From IMG/VR virus record IMGVR_UViG_3300023184_000070, positions 22,776-86,775 of that record: 64,000 bases of DNA, one strand, 5' to 3'. Positions 46,700 through 56,665 of this stretch are shown piece by piece (the stretch's first letter is position 1; each line of letters opens with the position of its first letter). The translations under genes and the position numbers were made by a program. Below the pieces are notes generated by a model, which worked only from the letters and a program-made list of their open reading frames with translations, ran no database searches and was not told the origin of the DNA. Origin of the DNA: a virus.

Positions 46700-47646
46700 T
46701 TACCAAACAAGAATACACGCGATTGGAGCATGCCGATCCTGTTAACGCCGAATGGTTTGTAGTCAATTGGTGTTTGGGTAACACCTGTAATTTTAGTTGC
46801 AGCTATTGTCCTGCGGCACTACACGATGGTAGCCGGCGCTGGCCAGAATTTGATGATATTAAACAATTCATACTCAAAGTAAAAGAACAACACCCAAATA
46901 AAAAATTGTATTTTGAGTTTACTGGTGGTGAAGTTACCATGTACAAGCATTTTATACCTTTATGCGAGTTTTGTCGCGAACAAGATGTTAAAGTAGGCAT
47001 GATTAGCAACGGCAGTAGAACCCTGCGTTGGTGGGAGGAAAACAAGCACTTTTTTGACCATGTATGCCTCAGTTTCCACCCTGAAGAAGGCGATGCGGAG
47101 CACTTTTTAAAGGTAGCGGGAATACTGCACGATATTGTTAAGGTGCATGTGAATGTAATGATGAGCCCGGACAAGTTTGATTACTGCTATTCGGTAGCCG
47201 AACGAGCAACCAAATTGACCAATATCAGTCTGGCACTACAACCGTTAATACACGATTTTGGGGACAAGTTGTATGATTACACTGACGAGCAAAAACGTAT
47301 TTTTGATCAACAGTACGCTTTGTTGGTGAGTAAAATAGTACACACTAAAAAGCAAAAAGTATATCGTGGTGGCATGCGTACAATTGGAAATAACAGCCAA
47401 ATTTTATCAGCGCATTCTTTTATTGCAAATAGCACTAATAATTGGTTTGGGTGGAACTGTTATGCTGGCGTTGAGCAATTGATTGTTGATATGGACGGTA
47501 GCATACATCGTGGTTGGTGCAAAGTTGGTGCAAAAATTGGATACATTTGGGATCAAGATTTGAAACTGCCAACTACGCCGGTTAAATGTAATAAAGTCAT
47601 GTGCCATTGCAATTTTGATATCATGAGCACTAAGGAACGTGTATGA
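46696..47646 (+). CDS. Radical SAM protein with C-terminal Cys-rich (twitch/SPASM-like) domain
   Basis: CNFSCSYC, 'TGGE', 'SNG', C-terminal Cys cluster. Confidence 0.9.
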   Translation: MITKQEYTRLEHADPVNAEWFVVNWCLGNTCNFSCSYCPAALHDGSRRWPEFDDIKQFILKVKEQHPNKKLYFEFTGGEVTMYKHFIPLCEFCREQDVKVGMISNGSRTLRWWEENKHFFDHVCLSFHPEEGDAEHFLKVAGILHDIVKVHVNVMMSPDKFDYCYSVAERATKLTNISLALQPLIHDFGDKLYDYTDEQKRIFDQQYALLVSKIVHTKKQKVYRGGMRTIGNNSQILSAHSFIANSTNNWFGWNCYAGVEQLIVDMDGSIHRGWCKVGAKIGYIWDQDLKLPTTPVKCNKVMCHCNFDIMSTKERV

Positions 47647-49013
47647 GCATGCTTAATACTGCCTGTAGTTCGGCTTGGAACTACCCAGTACTGGACATAA
47701 GTGGCAGGTCCTTGTGCAATTGTTGTAAGACTCCGCATAATAAAGTATCAACAAAAGATTTAGAACTAGGGACAGATCTTTTTAAAAAGTTTATACCTAT
47801 TAAAAACATAAAACGAGATTTATTAGAGGGTAAGAAAAACCCCAATTGCTCTGCATGCTGGGCCACCGAAGAAGTTGGTGGCGTATCTGCTAGGACTGGT
47901 TTTGATGACTTTGCTAGATTTATTAATGCAACAAAATGGGTCAGCTTAACATTAGATGAAACCAAAGATAGATTACTGAATTTGTCCAACGACGACAAAG
48001 AAGATTTAATTAATTGGGAACATCCTACACATATTGAAATTATGTTAAGCACCACCTGCGATCTAAAATGTGTATATTGTAGTCCACATTTCAGCAGTCA
48101 ATGGTATGTTGAAAAATTAAAATATAAAGAAATCCCTGTTAAGACAGCAACTACTAATATCGAAGAGTACGAAAATATTTGGTGGAATTGGTTTGAAGCA
48201 GTTGCATATAAAACTGTTAATCAAATTGGTTTTGTAGGTGGTGAGCCGCTATTGGATGATAAATTATATCAATACATTGAAAGAATATTAGAGATTCGAC
48301 AACTAAACAATATAACCACCACATTAAACATTAGCGTGGTTACCAATTTTAATACTCCAAAAAAGTACTTAGAAAAGTTTTTAAATATGGTACAACGTAT
48401 ATCAACAACGCCAGGTGTTGATATAGGTATTTGTATTAGTTTTGAAAGCACAGGCAATCAAAATGATTTTATTAGGAGCGGAGCCAGCTGGCAGTTGTTT
48501 CATAATAATATAAACCGATTGCTGGAATTTATTAACACTAACCGCTTAGAAAAAACAGTCATTTATATAGCACCCGCATTTTGCTCGTTAAGCATTAGTA
48601 GTATGCTGCCTTTCATTAAATATGTCATCATGATGATCGAAACAAATTCAAAATTTATTTGGACTTCTACTACACACGTTGCACATCCGCAATGGATGTC
48701 ACCATTTATACTAACTAGAGATTATAACAGATACATTGATGAAGTAATTGACTATTTGACAAATTTAAAACATAAAAAATTTAATCAAGAGCAATACTTT
48801 AAATTTGAAAACTGGAAGCAAATTTTCATTAACTACTTAACTACAATTAAAGCTGGAATAGATAACAGCAATTTAGATGTTGTTAAAACTGATAAGTTAA
48901 GAAAAGAATTTGTTTATAACATTGATAAATTATCATCAAGGCGCAATTTAGATTTTAATGCCACATTCCCCGAAATGGTTGAATTTTATAATTTGTGCAA
49001 ACAAATTACTTAG
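47643..49013 (+). CDS. Radical SAM protein with N-terminal twitch-like Cys domain
   Basis: CDLKCVYC, 'GGEPL', 'TNF'; N-terminal C...CC...CSAC. Confidence 0.9.
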   Translation: MSMLNTACSSAWNYPVLDISGRSLCNCCKTPHNKVSTKDLELGTDLFKKFIPIKNIKRDLLEGKKNPNCSACWATEEVGGVSARTGFDDFARFINATKWVSLTLDETKDRLLNLSNDDKEDLINWEHPTHIEIMLSTTCDLKCVYCSPHFSSQWYVEKLKYKEIPVKTATTNIEEYENIWWNWFEAVAYKTVNQIGFVGGEPLLDDKLYQYIERILEIRQLNNITTTLNISVVTNFNTPKKYLEKFLNMVQRISTTPGVDIGICISFESTGNQNDFIRSGASWQLFHNNINRLLEFINTNRLEKTVIYIAPAFCSLSISSMLPFIKYVIMMIETNSKFIWTSTTHVAHPQWMSPFILTRDYNRYIDEVIDYLTNLKHKKFNQEQYFKFENWKQIFINYLTTIKAGIDNSNLDVVKTDKLRKEFVYNIDKLSSRRNLDFNATFPEMVEFYNLCKQIT

Positions 49014-49554
49014 TACCAATAACCATAAATCTAGTAAACGACCATTCAGGATAAACAAATTCTTTTGATCCCATAAACGCAATTGATGAAAGTTTATAGT
49101 TACTAATAAACTCTTCATTGCTATTGGATTTGACATAGTGGTCGTCGTGCGGCATGTTATTTCCTTGTAATATTACTCTAGTACCGGCTGGTAAATTTTC
49201 AAACCATGCATGTGATTCAAAATGTTCTGTACTGGTATTAATTACTAAGTCTACTACTGGTGGTTGTATTTCGTTGCAGTCGTAAGTCATTGCCTTAAAC
49301 TGCCATCTTTGCCAGACCCAAAGATTGTTGATAGTATCCGCTACTCTTTCGCACTCGGGGTCAATGTCGACACTGCGTATATTTTTAACTTTAAAAATGC
49401 CGCGGCTTAACAATAGGAATCCAGTAATACCATACCACCCGCCATATATGTAGGTGTAGTCGGATTCCCACCCTAGGCGTTCTAGTTCTTCGCAAAGCCA
49501 AATTTTGCTACCAATTTGGCCACTACTAAACGAGTCTGGATCTATAGGTATCAT
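49006..49554 (-). CDS. SAM-dependent methyltransferase-like protein
   Basis: 'Q..SK.WL', 'GGWYG', 'DID', 'INTS.EH' motifs. Confidence 0.75.
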   Translation of the reverse strand: MIPIDPDSFSSGQIGSKIWLCEELERLGWESDYTYIYGGWYGITGFLLLSRGIFKVKNIRSVDIDPECERVADTINNLWVWQRWQFKAMTYDCNEIQPPVVDLVINTSTEHFESHAWFENLPAGTRVILQGNNMPHDDHYVKSNSNEEFISNYKLSSIAFMGSKEFVYPEWSFTRFMVIGTK

Positions 49555-50428
49555 ATACTTTTCTTAACCAATCTTTATCATTAATTAATGATAATTTTTC
49601 TAAATCATTAGAGAATTTTTCACCGTACTTGCTTCCGTGTTTAGCACCATCGATGGCATCCATGCCGTATGGTTCTTGATGTCCGGTAGTTTGCCATACG
49701 TGGATTCTTTTAAGATTTTCTTGATGATTTGACTGAGCAATATTACCAGCTGCAAGTTTAGCACACTCTCTAAATGCACTCCTCCACGTATTAAACGCAT
49801 CAGTATTGAATGAGGTTATATTGCTTAGTTTTTCGATGATTATAAATTTATCACTGATGGATGTTGTAATATCAGTATTAGCAGTTCTAGTTATTATTGT
49901 TTGATGCTTGGGTAGTATTTTTATACCACCATATCCATATACTAATCTGTTGATGGGGTTAATAGATTGATAGACATATACAGCATCTCTATCAAATATG
50001 TCGGGTACGTAATTAAATTCAAAATCATCCAGTACATATGCATCACCATCAACCACATAAAACATATCAGTGCTGGATAATTCGGCTGCTGCCTGATGCG
50101 CTTCAAGTATACCCGTAACCCCGTCGACACGTTTAGCATTGGGTGCTTTAGTTAATAATCGTTGCCAATTTTTTTCGGCATTTGACTCATGATAACTCAA
50201 GAATATAACATCCAATTCTTTACCGTAAATTGGAGAAACATATCCCATGTCTTTGTCGCCTTGTTTTGATTCTGGGGATAAGATCCTCCACACCCATATT
50301 TTGCTATCGCCTTGGTGAAATTCGGGATCTAAATACCATATATGATCATATACAGCATCCCATGGCGGAATAGCATAATTTGGAAAATTAAAAATTAACG
50401 GAAGGCTGTCATTAAATTCTATTTTCAT
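49526..50428 (-). CDS. Putative glycosyltransferase-like protein (paralogue of 45800..46699)
   Basis: 'RVDGV.G..AH..AA', 'VDGD', 'LVYGYGG', 'WRSAFRE'. Confidence 0.7.
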   Translation of the reverse strand: MKIEFNDSLPLIFNFPNYAIPPWDAVYDHIWYLDPEFHQGDSKIWVWRILSPESKQGDKDMGYVSPIYGKELDVIFLSYHESNAEKNWQRLLTKAPNAKRVDGVTGILEAHQAAAELSSTDMFYVVDGDAYVLDDFEFNYVPDIFDRDAVYVYQSINPINRLVYGYGGIKILPKHQTIITRTANTDITTSISDKFIIIEKLSNITSFNTDAFNTWRSAFRECAKLAAGNIAQSNHQENLKRIHVWQTTGHQEPYGMDAIDGAKHGSKYGEKFSNDLEKLSLINDKDWLRKVYDTYRSRLV

Positions 50429-51392
50429 TAATCTTGCCTTGCCAATATAGACTTTCAGTAAACCACTTGAAGTAATTTTGAAATCCTTCAGTTACATCTA
50501 CCTTGGGATCAAACCCAAAATCTCGACGAGCAGCATCAATGTTTAGTGCGCCGCGACTGGGAAAATCGGCATCCTTGTCACCAACTACTAGTTCACCACT
50601 GCCTGCTAGTTCTATTGCCATTTTTGCTGCCTGCAACAATGTAACACTATGGCTTTTTGTAATATTATATGTTTTGTTTGCAGTATTATTGCTTAATGCA
50701 GCAGCCACAATACCATCAGCAGCGTCATCCACATAAGTAAAGTCTAGCGTTTCTCTCGCTCCATTAACTCGGAGCACTCCGCCGCGCATTGCTGTGAGCA
50801 TGAATTTTGAGACCACTCGGTCCTCGACATCAAGTGGCCCATAAACAGCACTGGGGCGAATAACAGTATAACTAAAACAATCACGACGAGCATAGTCTTT
50901 GACAAGGTGTTCTCCTGCTAATTTCATAATACCATACTGTCCCTGTGGGCAACATACAGCATCTTCAGTTACATCATCAACGAAGTCTCCATAGACCATA
51001 CTGCTACTAATGTATAAGAATTTCTTTACTGCGGTGCGTTTGCTGGCTTCTAGTAGATTAAGCAAACCTTCCATCATTGTACGTGCGCCCAATGCTGGGT
51101 TGGCATTAACTACCTTTTGCCTAGGAAAGCTGGCCATATGTATAACCGTGTCAAACTTTTCAAATGTAAACAGATAATCTATATTTTTTTTATCTGCAAT
51201 ATCATATCTATAATAGGTAGACCGCTTGATTTTTTTCTTACGTTCAGACAATAGGTAATCAAGCTCACCCTGTGGAATGATACCGTAATTGGTTTCAGTA
51301 TCGGTTATAACTACACTGTGTCCTAAATTTTCAAGACGTGCAACCACATTGTGGCCTATTAGACCTAACCCACCAGTTACTAGTATTTTCAT
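50412..51392 (-). CDS. NAD-dependent nucleotide-sugar epimerase/dehydratase (extended SDR)
   Basis: 'TGGLGLIG', 'SSS.VYG', YxxxK 'YGIMK', 'DFTYVDD'. Confidence 0.92.
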   Translation of the reverse strand: MKILVTGGLGLIGHNVVARLENLGHSVVITDTETNYGIIPQGELDYLLSERKKKIKRSTYYRYDIADKKNIDYLFTFEKFDTVIHMASFPRQKVVNANPALGARTMMEGLLNLLEASKRTAVKKFLYISSSMVYGDFVDDVTEDAVCCPQGQYGIMKLAGEHLVKDYARRDCFSYTVIRPSAVYGPLDVEDRVVSKFMLTAMRGGVLRVNGARETLDFTYVDDAADGIVAAALSNNTANKTYNITKSHSVTLLQAAKMAIELAGSGELVVGDKDADFPSRGALNIDAARRDFGFDPKVDVTEGFQNYFKWFTESLYWQGKINENRI

Positions 51393-52300
51393 ACAGCCAT
51401 GTCAGCTGACAGTGCAGGATGAGATGCATACCCAATCAGCCTTATATCTTTCATAGTAAATTTTGTAATGTCTTTGATAGTTCTATTAATCTCAAGTCCT
51501 GGACCAGGTAAGGGTTCGCGCTTCAGTTGTTCTTTTACCTGCTCTACGTGATTCAGATATATATGTGCGTCGCCAAGTACGTGAACGAACTCGCCTACCT
51601 CTAAATCGCACACTTGAGCGATTAAATGCGTTAGCAGACTGTAGCTGGCTATGTTAAAGGGTACACCCAAAAACATATCACAGGACCTTTGATACATCTG
51701 ACAGGACAGCCGATTACCGGCCACATAAAATTGTACAAAGCAGTGACACGGTGGCAGGGCCATGGAGTCAATCTCACCTGGGTTCCACGCTGTTAATATA
51801 TGTCGTCGTCCGTATGGGTCTGCTTGAATACCCTCAATCAGCGACTTTAGCTGATCAACTTCTTTAACATGTATACCACCCTGGCGGTTATACGTATTAC
51901 CAAACTCATCTTTAAATGTATCACTACGATGTATAACTGGCGTACGCCACTTACGCCATTGTACACCATATACTCTACCCAAGTCGCCCCGGAATTGTGC
52001 TAGATTTTTCCAATTTGGTGCTGTGGCATTATCAGTCCAGATGGTGGTCTTGTCCTCATCCCGCGTACCATGGAGAAGTTCAGCAAGGCGCCTCTCGTCC
52101 CCTGAACCTTCGATAATCCACAGCAACTCGCTAACTACGCTTTTCCATGCTAATTTTTTAGTAGTGACCGCAGGGAAACAGTCTTTTAGATCATATCTAA
52201 CTTGCCGACCGAATACGCTGAGTGTACCAGTGCCGGTTCGATCGTCTCGTTGTTGACCGTTATCTAAAATATCTTGTAGTAAGTCTAAATAGGGTTTCAT
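51389..52300 (-). CDS. thyA: Thymidylate synthase
   Basis: 'DRTGTGT', 'LPPCH', 'YQRS.D..LGVPFNIASY', 'GDAHIY.NH'. Confidence 0.97.
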   Translation of the reverse strand: MKPYLDLLQDILDNGQQRDDRTGTGTLSVFGRQVRYDLKDCFPAVTTKKLAWKSVVSELLWIIEGSGDERRLAELLHGTRDEDKTTIWTDNATAPNWKNLAQFRGDLGRVYGVQWRKWRTPVIHRSDTFKDEFGNTYNRQGGIHVKEVDQLKSLIEGIQADPYGRRHILTAWNPGEIDSMALPPCHCFVQFYVAGNRLSCQMYQRSCDMFLGVPFNIASYSLLTHLIAQVCDLEVGEFVHVLGDAHIYLNHVEQVKEQLKREPLPGPGLEINRTIKDITKFTMKDIRLIGYASHPALSADMAV

Positions 52301-52632
52301 AAATTTTTAAGTAATAAATCTGTCATTGGTTGCACCATTTTTGCAACCTCATCAACGCTAACATAAAAATCCACATTCTCTATATAAGAATCTAAATTTA
52401 TTAATTTATCATTAATGTAATCTTGAATCTCATCATGACTGATGCCTTGGGAGACCATTTCACTTATGCTAATATCTACTCTAGTGCCGTCAATTAAGTG
52501 TACTGCGATACTGTCTAGTACATTAACTGGAACATCAGATTTCTTAACACTTTTAACTATAGCTTCCCATTGCTCTCTTACTGTGAAATTAAGTTTTTTT
52601 AGCCGGGGCCTTTTTCTTGGTTGGTTTGGCAT
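52297..52632 (-). CDS. Hypothetical protein
   Basis: ORF overlapping the thyA start; start codon uncertain (52632 or 52653). Confidence 0.6.
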   Translation of the reverse strand: MPNQPRKRPRLKKLNFTVREQWEAIVKSVKKSDVPVNVLDSIAVHLIDGTRVDISISEMVSQGISHDEIQDYINDKLINLDSYIENVDFYVSVDEVAKMVQPMTDLLLKNL

Positions 52633-53257
52633 TGGGTGTTGCAGTTGGGTCAAGGTCTAAGGCCTCTTTTGATAGTCTTTCAGCTTCGGCGAGTAGTTGT
52701 GCAGCACTGGCTTTCATTGCGTCAGCCTGTTGCAAACGGCTACGTGCAAGATCCGCATCAGTCAATACTCCGCCAGTATTCTCAGGAATCATTGCAGGTT
52801 GACTGCGACTCATGGGACTGACACCTAATTCCTTAGGCTCAGCTCTGGCCTTCTTACCACTCATGCCGCGATTGCTGTCAATCTCAGCCATACGATTAAC
52901 TGCTTCCTGTCCTTGCGCCATTTCGGTCAACAACTTGTTAAGTTCATCTAAACGAATTGAACTTGCCGGGGTTGGAGTCATGATAATTTGATTGCATTGT
53001 ACTTTCTTAATCAAATGACTTTTATGTAATGCTTCAAGACAGTTGACACCGTCGCTCATGAAGTTTCTAAACAATGCGTCGGCAAAGTTTTCGGCTTGTT
53101 GACCTACTGGGCTTTCCAATACAGTCATTACGCTGTCGTGATATATTCTTGGTAGTAGATCGCTATAGACCAATAAGGTCATGTGATCTTCATTTGGTAC
53201 TTGTCTGAACAATACCACTACTTTTTTGTCTCCGTGTTTGCCTACGTGTTTATACAT
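52589..53257 (-). CDS. Hypothetical protein with Lys-rich tail
   Basis: 222-aa ORF with AAGGA RBS. Confidence 0.75.
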   Translation of the reverse strand: MYKHVGKHGDKKVVVLFRQVPNEDHMTLLVYSDLLPRIYHDSVMTVLESPVGQQAENFADALFRNFMSDGVNCLEALHKSHLIKKVQCNQIIMTPTPASSIRLDELNKLLTEMAQGQEAVNRMAEIDSNRGMSGKKARAEPKELGVSPMSRSQPAMIPENTGGVLTDADLARSRLQQADAMKASAAQLLAEAERLSKEALDLDPTATPNAKPTKKKAPAKKT

Positions 53258-53266
53258 ATTAAATCC

Positions 53267-53488
53267 TTATTCTGTGGCTGCTGGCGCAGCATCTTCGTCT
53301 TTAAGTACACCTGTACTTTGGACAAATGCGTTCAAGCGATCATAAAGACCGCCTACGCCCGAAAGCTCCTCTGCCCTAAATGCCCCACGTTGAGTGCAAG
53401 TATTAATTACTCTTAATACATTAACCAAATCTTGTATATTAAGACCTGGTCGATCCTCTGAGGCACTATCGCTAGTTACGTCGCTCAT
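53267..53488 (-). CDS. Small hypothetical protein
   Basis: GGAG RBS before ATG at 53488; 'RGAFRAEEL..VG.LY' motif. Confidence 0.7.
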   Translation of the reverse strand: MSDVTSDSASEDRPGLNIQDLVNVLRVINTCTQRGAFRAEELSGVGGLYDRLNAFVQSTGVLKDEDAAPAATE

Positions 53489-53501
53489 GTTTATCTCCAT
53501 T

Positions 53502-53535
53502 AAAAAGCTCTACACATATTTACTACGTGTAGAGC
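53502..53535 (-). terminator. Terminator hairpin with a late promoter (TAAATA) in its loop
   Basis: GCTCTACAC/GTGTAGAGC stem plus T-run; TAAATA at 53517-53522. Confidence 0.7.
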
Positions 53536-53557
53536 GGATGGAAAAAATTTCTGAGCC

Positions 53558-53851
53558 TTAAAACATCTGCCAAGACGTATTAATTTGATCTAGGTGTAGT
53601 GCAAAGTAAGTAATCTCGTATGGGCGCTCAAACGCCACAGTCTTACTCATGATCAATTGATCAGTTTCGGCATCTGTGTGATATTCGTCACCAATGTAAA
53701 ACCTGCCTGATAAGTTTTTATATATCCAATCAGTAACGGTCTTTTCTTCTGCACGAAGATCAAATCTAAAACGTTCAAAGTGGGGCGGGCAATGTTGTAA
53801 TTGCCGCAACCCAAATACGTTTAACGGATTAGCCTCACCTTGTGCTAGCAT
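53558..53851 (-). CDS. Hypothetical protein
   Basis: 97-aa ORF coupled to the upstream stop. Confidence 0.7.
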   Translation of the reverse strand: MLAQGEANPLNVFGLRQLQHCPPHFERFRFDLRAEEKTVTDWIYKNLSGRFYIGDEYHTDAETDQLIMSKTVAFERPYEITYFALHLDQINTSWQMF

Positions 53852-54102
53852 TATTCGTAGATCCGGATCTTCATATCAACATCTTCTTCTTGGGGCAAGA
53901 CTAGTTTATCTTCCAATTGCTCTAGTGCTGTATGCATGAAGCTTTCTATCAAATGAATCTGTCGAGTCATGACAGCAATCTCACAAGAGCGAGCCAAGTC
54001 CTCTAATGCCTGCTCACGTGTCATGAGCCGCACTTGCAGGTCGTTAATGGTTTTACGAGCCTCTGCTAGTTTACGGATTTTGGTTGCGTCAATTACTTGC
54101 AT
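53851..54102 (-). CDS. Hypothetical coiled-coil protein
   Basis: Likely start MQVIDATK at 54102, right after the VWA gene stop. Confidence 0.6.
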   Translation of the reverse strand: MQVIDATKIRKLAEARKTINDLQVRLMTREQALEDLARSCEIAVMTRQIHLIESFMHTALEQLEDKLVLPQEEDVDMKIRIYE

Positions 54103-54103
54103 A

Positions 54104-55375
54104 TTAGTCCTTGTTACTGTCATCGTAATGTGCCCAAATGCCAAACTCGGGCTCGGCACTTTCGTTATCTTTAATAATCCAAACTGTGTCGCAATAGTCT
54201 TGCACTTGTTCCGGACTCCAACCAAAGAATTGGTAGTCAGTAAACATGATCAGTTTCTTAGGCTGAACATCATTCTCTTTGAGCCATTCCCAAACGCAAT
54301 GCGGGTCAGTGCCGCCACCGCCACCGGGTTCGTATTCGCTGATGTCAGTATTGCTGTCGGCAGTGAAGTCTTGCGGATTGTAGACCTCAGTATCCCAAGT
54401 CAGGACTTTGATACGGTAGTCTTGGTAGGCATCCATAATGCCTTTGACTTCGCTAAGGAAGTCACGCAGGTCGTTGTCGCTGATACTGCCCGAAGTGTCA
54501 ATTGCCACGCAGACGTCAATTGTTTCTTCGGGACGCATGCCCGGAAGAATAGCATCCATGTGCCAGCCGCGTCGGCTAGGACGTGCAAACGTAAAGTCAC
54601 TTTTAATAGTGCTTTGGATTTGTTGTTGCAACAATTCGCGCCAGCCAATTTGCGGGGCGGTCAAACTACCAATCATGCGTTGAACATTGCCAGGAACATT
54701 ACCTGCACCTGCTGCCTGTGCTGCCGCCAGTACTGCTTCTTTAACTTCATCGCGGATGGCTTTCTTTTCTTCAGCAGTCAACCGCGGCCGCCCGTTGCCT
54801 TCTTTATCCCCGTTGCCTTCACCGTCGCTGTCATCATCACCATCGCCGTCCATGTGCTCGTCCAGCAACATTTCGCTGAGTTTGCTGATATCAATCTTGT
54901 CGGCGTTCTTGTAGAGATCGTCGTAGACTTCTTCTGCACTCATGCCTTCGTACTTGCTGTTATACAGCACAGGCACCTTGGTGATCTTCTCACCAATGCG
55001 ATATTGGATTAAGTCTGCATTGACGCAGTAGTCGTCTGCAATGTTCCACAGGCGCGGCTCGCGTTCACCGCGACGTCCCATGTGATCGTATACCACGTGC
55101 AAGACTTCGTGCCCAAACAAGAACTCGCATTCTTTTAGGCTCAGTCGATTAATGAATTCGCTATTATAGAAGAAGTGACGTCCTTCGGTAGCCGCAGTAG
55201 GGCACCATGCGTCCGCGTTGGTCAATTTGAGACGGGTTGCAAGGTTACCAAAAAATGGTGCCTTGAGCAGTAGGCCCACACGGGCGGTAATCAGTTTATC
55301 AATCGCCGCCGCATCTGTTTTGGGATTGGTTACTGTACGTACTTTTGACTTATCTGCTAGTGTATTATCTGACAT
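54104..55375 (-). CDS. Metallopeptidase-like plus VWA domain protein (DUF2201 type)
   Basis: HExxH 'HEVLH', MIDAS 'DTSGS', 'GGGGT', 'FTD'. Confidence 0.9.
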   Translation of the reverse strand: MSDNTLADKSKVRTVTNPKTDAAAIDKLITARVGLLLKAPFFGNLATRLKLTNADAWCPTAATEGRHFFYNSEFINRLSLKECEFLFGHEVLHVVYDHMGRRGEREPRLWNIADDYCVNADLIQYRIGEKITKVPVLYNSKYEGMSAEEVYDDLYKNADKIDISKLSEMLLDEHMDGDGDDDSDGEGNGDKEGNGRPRLTAEEKKAIRDEVKEAVLAAAQAAGAGNVPGNVQRMIGSLTAPQIGWRELLQQQIQSTIKSDFTFARPSRRGWHMDAILPGMRPEETIDVCVAIDTSGSISDNDLRDFLSEVKGIMDAYQDYRIKVLTWDTEVYNPQDFTADSNTDISEYEPGGGGGTDPHCVWEWLKENDVQPKKLIMFTDYQFFGWSPEQVQDYCDTVWIIKDNESAEPEFGIWAHYDDSNKD

Positions 55376-55395
55376 AGTATTCCTTGTTATAGTAT

Positions 55396-55438
55396 ATTAT
55401 AGCACAGAAACAATACCCCGGACAAATGCCGGGGTATT
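55396..55438 (-). promoter_or_regulatory. Sigma70-like promoter (TTGTCC-18-TATAAT) overlapping a 10-bp hairpin
   Basis: AATACCCCGG/CCGGGGTATT inverted repeat around the -35 element. Confidence 0.6.
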
Positions 55439-55445
55439 TTCACAC

Positions 55446-56567
55446 TTAGTTTTTGCCGCTAGCTGCCACAACATATTTGCTGTACTTAGCATGGAATGCA
55501 TTGAAGCTGGCAATCTTGCTAGGTACAAACGGAAGGTTGTAAGTAGTCAACGCAACACGAGCGCCCATAACCACCAGCTCAGTAGTAAAGTTCTCCATCA
55601 TGAACTTGAAGAAGCAGTTGGCCTGTCCGTGCCAGTCGGCAATCTTGCCTGCCTTGTTCAACTTGACATAGCTGTCTTGCAGTTCGTAGCACAGGCTCAC
55701 AGTGAGTGAGTACATAGCTGAGATTTCTTTGGTCTTGAGCTCGGTCACTTTGCCAGCAAGAATGTCCACTGGGTCCGGCATTTGTGCAGACACTTTGCGG
55801 TGTGCCATGAACTTGACTGCCAGCCCTTCACCAACAGTACCCGCAATCAGGTCCATATTGGTATCTGCGCTTTCGTCGTCGTCTAGCAATTCGCTTACAA
55901 AGGTCCAAGAGCGCGGGGTAGCAAAGCTACGGCTAGAGCTACGTGGATCAAAGTCGTACAGGTCTTGCTTGGCAAAGGTCAAGTAACCCACAACGTCTTT
56001 GTGGACTTTGTGGTTAACTGCCCAAGTCTGCCAAGCGTCAAAGTCAGTACGCATTTCCAAGTGAACAAAACGGTTTGCCAGCGGGGTAGGCATGCGATAA
56101 GTAATACCCTTGTCGCTTTCGCGATTACCTGCTGCAACCACAACCACGTTATCAGGCAGTTTGTACTTGCCCACGCGACGGTTAAGAATCAGTTGGAACG
56201 CCGCGCCTTGTACAGCAGGAGCCGCTTGATTCATTTCATCAAGGAACAGGATAACGATGGGATGTTGTGCTGCCATTTCTTCATCGGGCAGTTCAATAGG
56301 AGGAGCCCAATCCATTTTGCCGTTGTCTTTGTTAAAGAACGGGATACCGCGGATGTCAGTGGGTTCCATTTGTCCCAGGCGCAGGTCAATAGTGATGCCA
56401 CCTAGTTCCTCACCAATGCTGGCAACCAGTTCGCTCTTGCCAATGCCGGGAGGACCCCAAAGGAAAATAGGGCGTTTAGTTTTGAAACAACGCAGAATGC
56501 CGCGCCGGGCTTCTACAGAAGTTACTGTACGAGTTTCGCTGACTGCGGGAGAAGATTTAGTAGCCAT
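55446..56567 (-). CDS. MoxR-like AAA+ ATPase
   Basis: Walker A 'GPPGIGKS', Walker B 'LFLDE', 'AAGN', 'LANRF', 'TPRSW'. Confidence 0.92.
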   Translation of the reverse strand: MATKSSPAVSETRTVTSVEARRGILRCFKTKRPIFLWGPPGIGKSELVASIGEELGGITIDLRLGQMEPTDIRGIPFFNKDNGKMDWAPPIELPDEEMAAQHPIVILFLDEMNQAAPAVQGAAFQLILNRRVGKYKLPDNVVVVAAGNRESDKGITYRMPTPLANRFVHLEMRTDFDAWQTWAVNHKVHKDVVGYLTFAKQDLYDFDPRSSSRSFATPRSWTFVSELLDDDESADTNMDLIAGTVGEGLAVKFMAHRKVSAQMPDPVDILAGKVTELKTKEISAMYSLTVSLCYELQDSYVKLNKAGKIADWHGQANCFFKFMMENFTTELVVMGARVALTTYNLPFVPSKIASFNAFHAKYSKYVVAASGKN

Positions 56568-56599
56568 TTAACAAGGTCCTTTATGTTACGTTATGCCTA

Positions 56600-56646
56600 A
56601 TTATAACACAAAACAATAACCCGTGCAAGTGTAGGGTTATTGTTTT
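56600..56646 (-). promoter_or_regulatory. Sigma70 promoter (TTGCAC-17-TATAAT) with the -35 in the loop of a 13-bp inverted repeat
   Basis: AAAACAATAACCC/GGGTTATTGTTTT arms. Confidence 0.7.
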
Positions 56647-56665
56647 TGTTGCACAAAAACAACAA

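Noticed and set aside
51389-52300. thyA as a dCMP/dUMP hydroxymethylase for DNA hypermodification
   Set aside because: It keeps canonical ThyA motifs including the dUMP-specifying Asn in PFNIASY; no intron seen.
53969-55012. 347-aa plus-strand ORF
   Set aside because: Antisense shadow of the well-supported VWA/metallopeptidase gene; no motifs or RBS.
54104-56567. MoxR AAA+ / VWA pair as a novel system
   Set aside because: A common, already described pairing in phages and bacteria.
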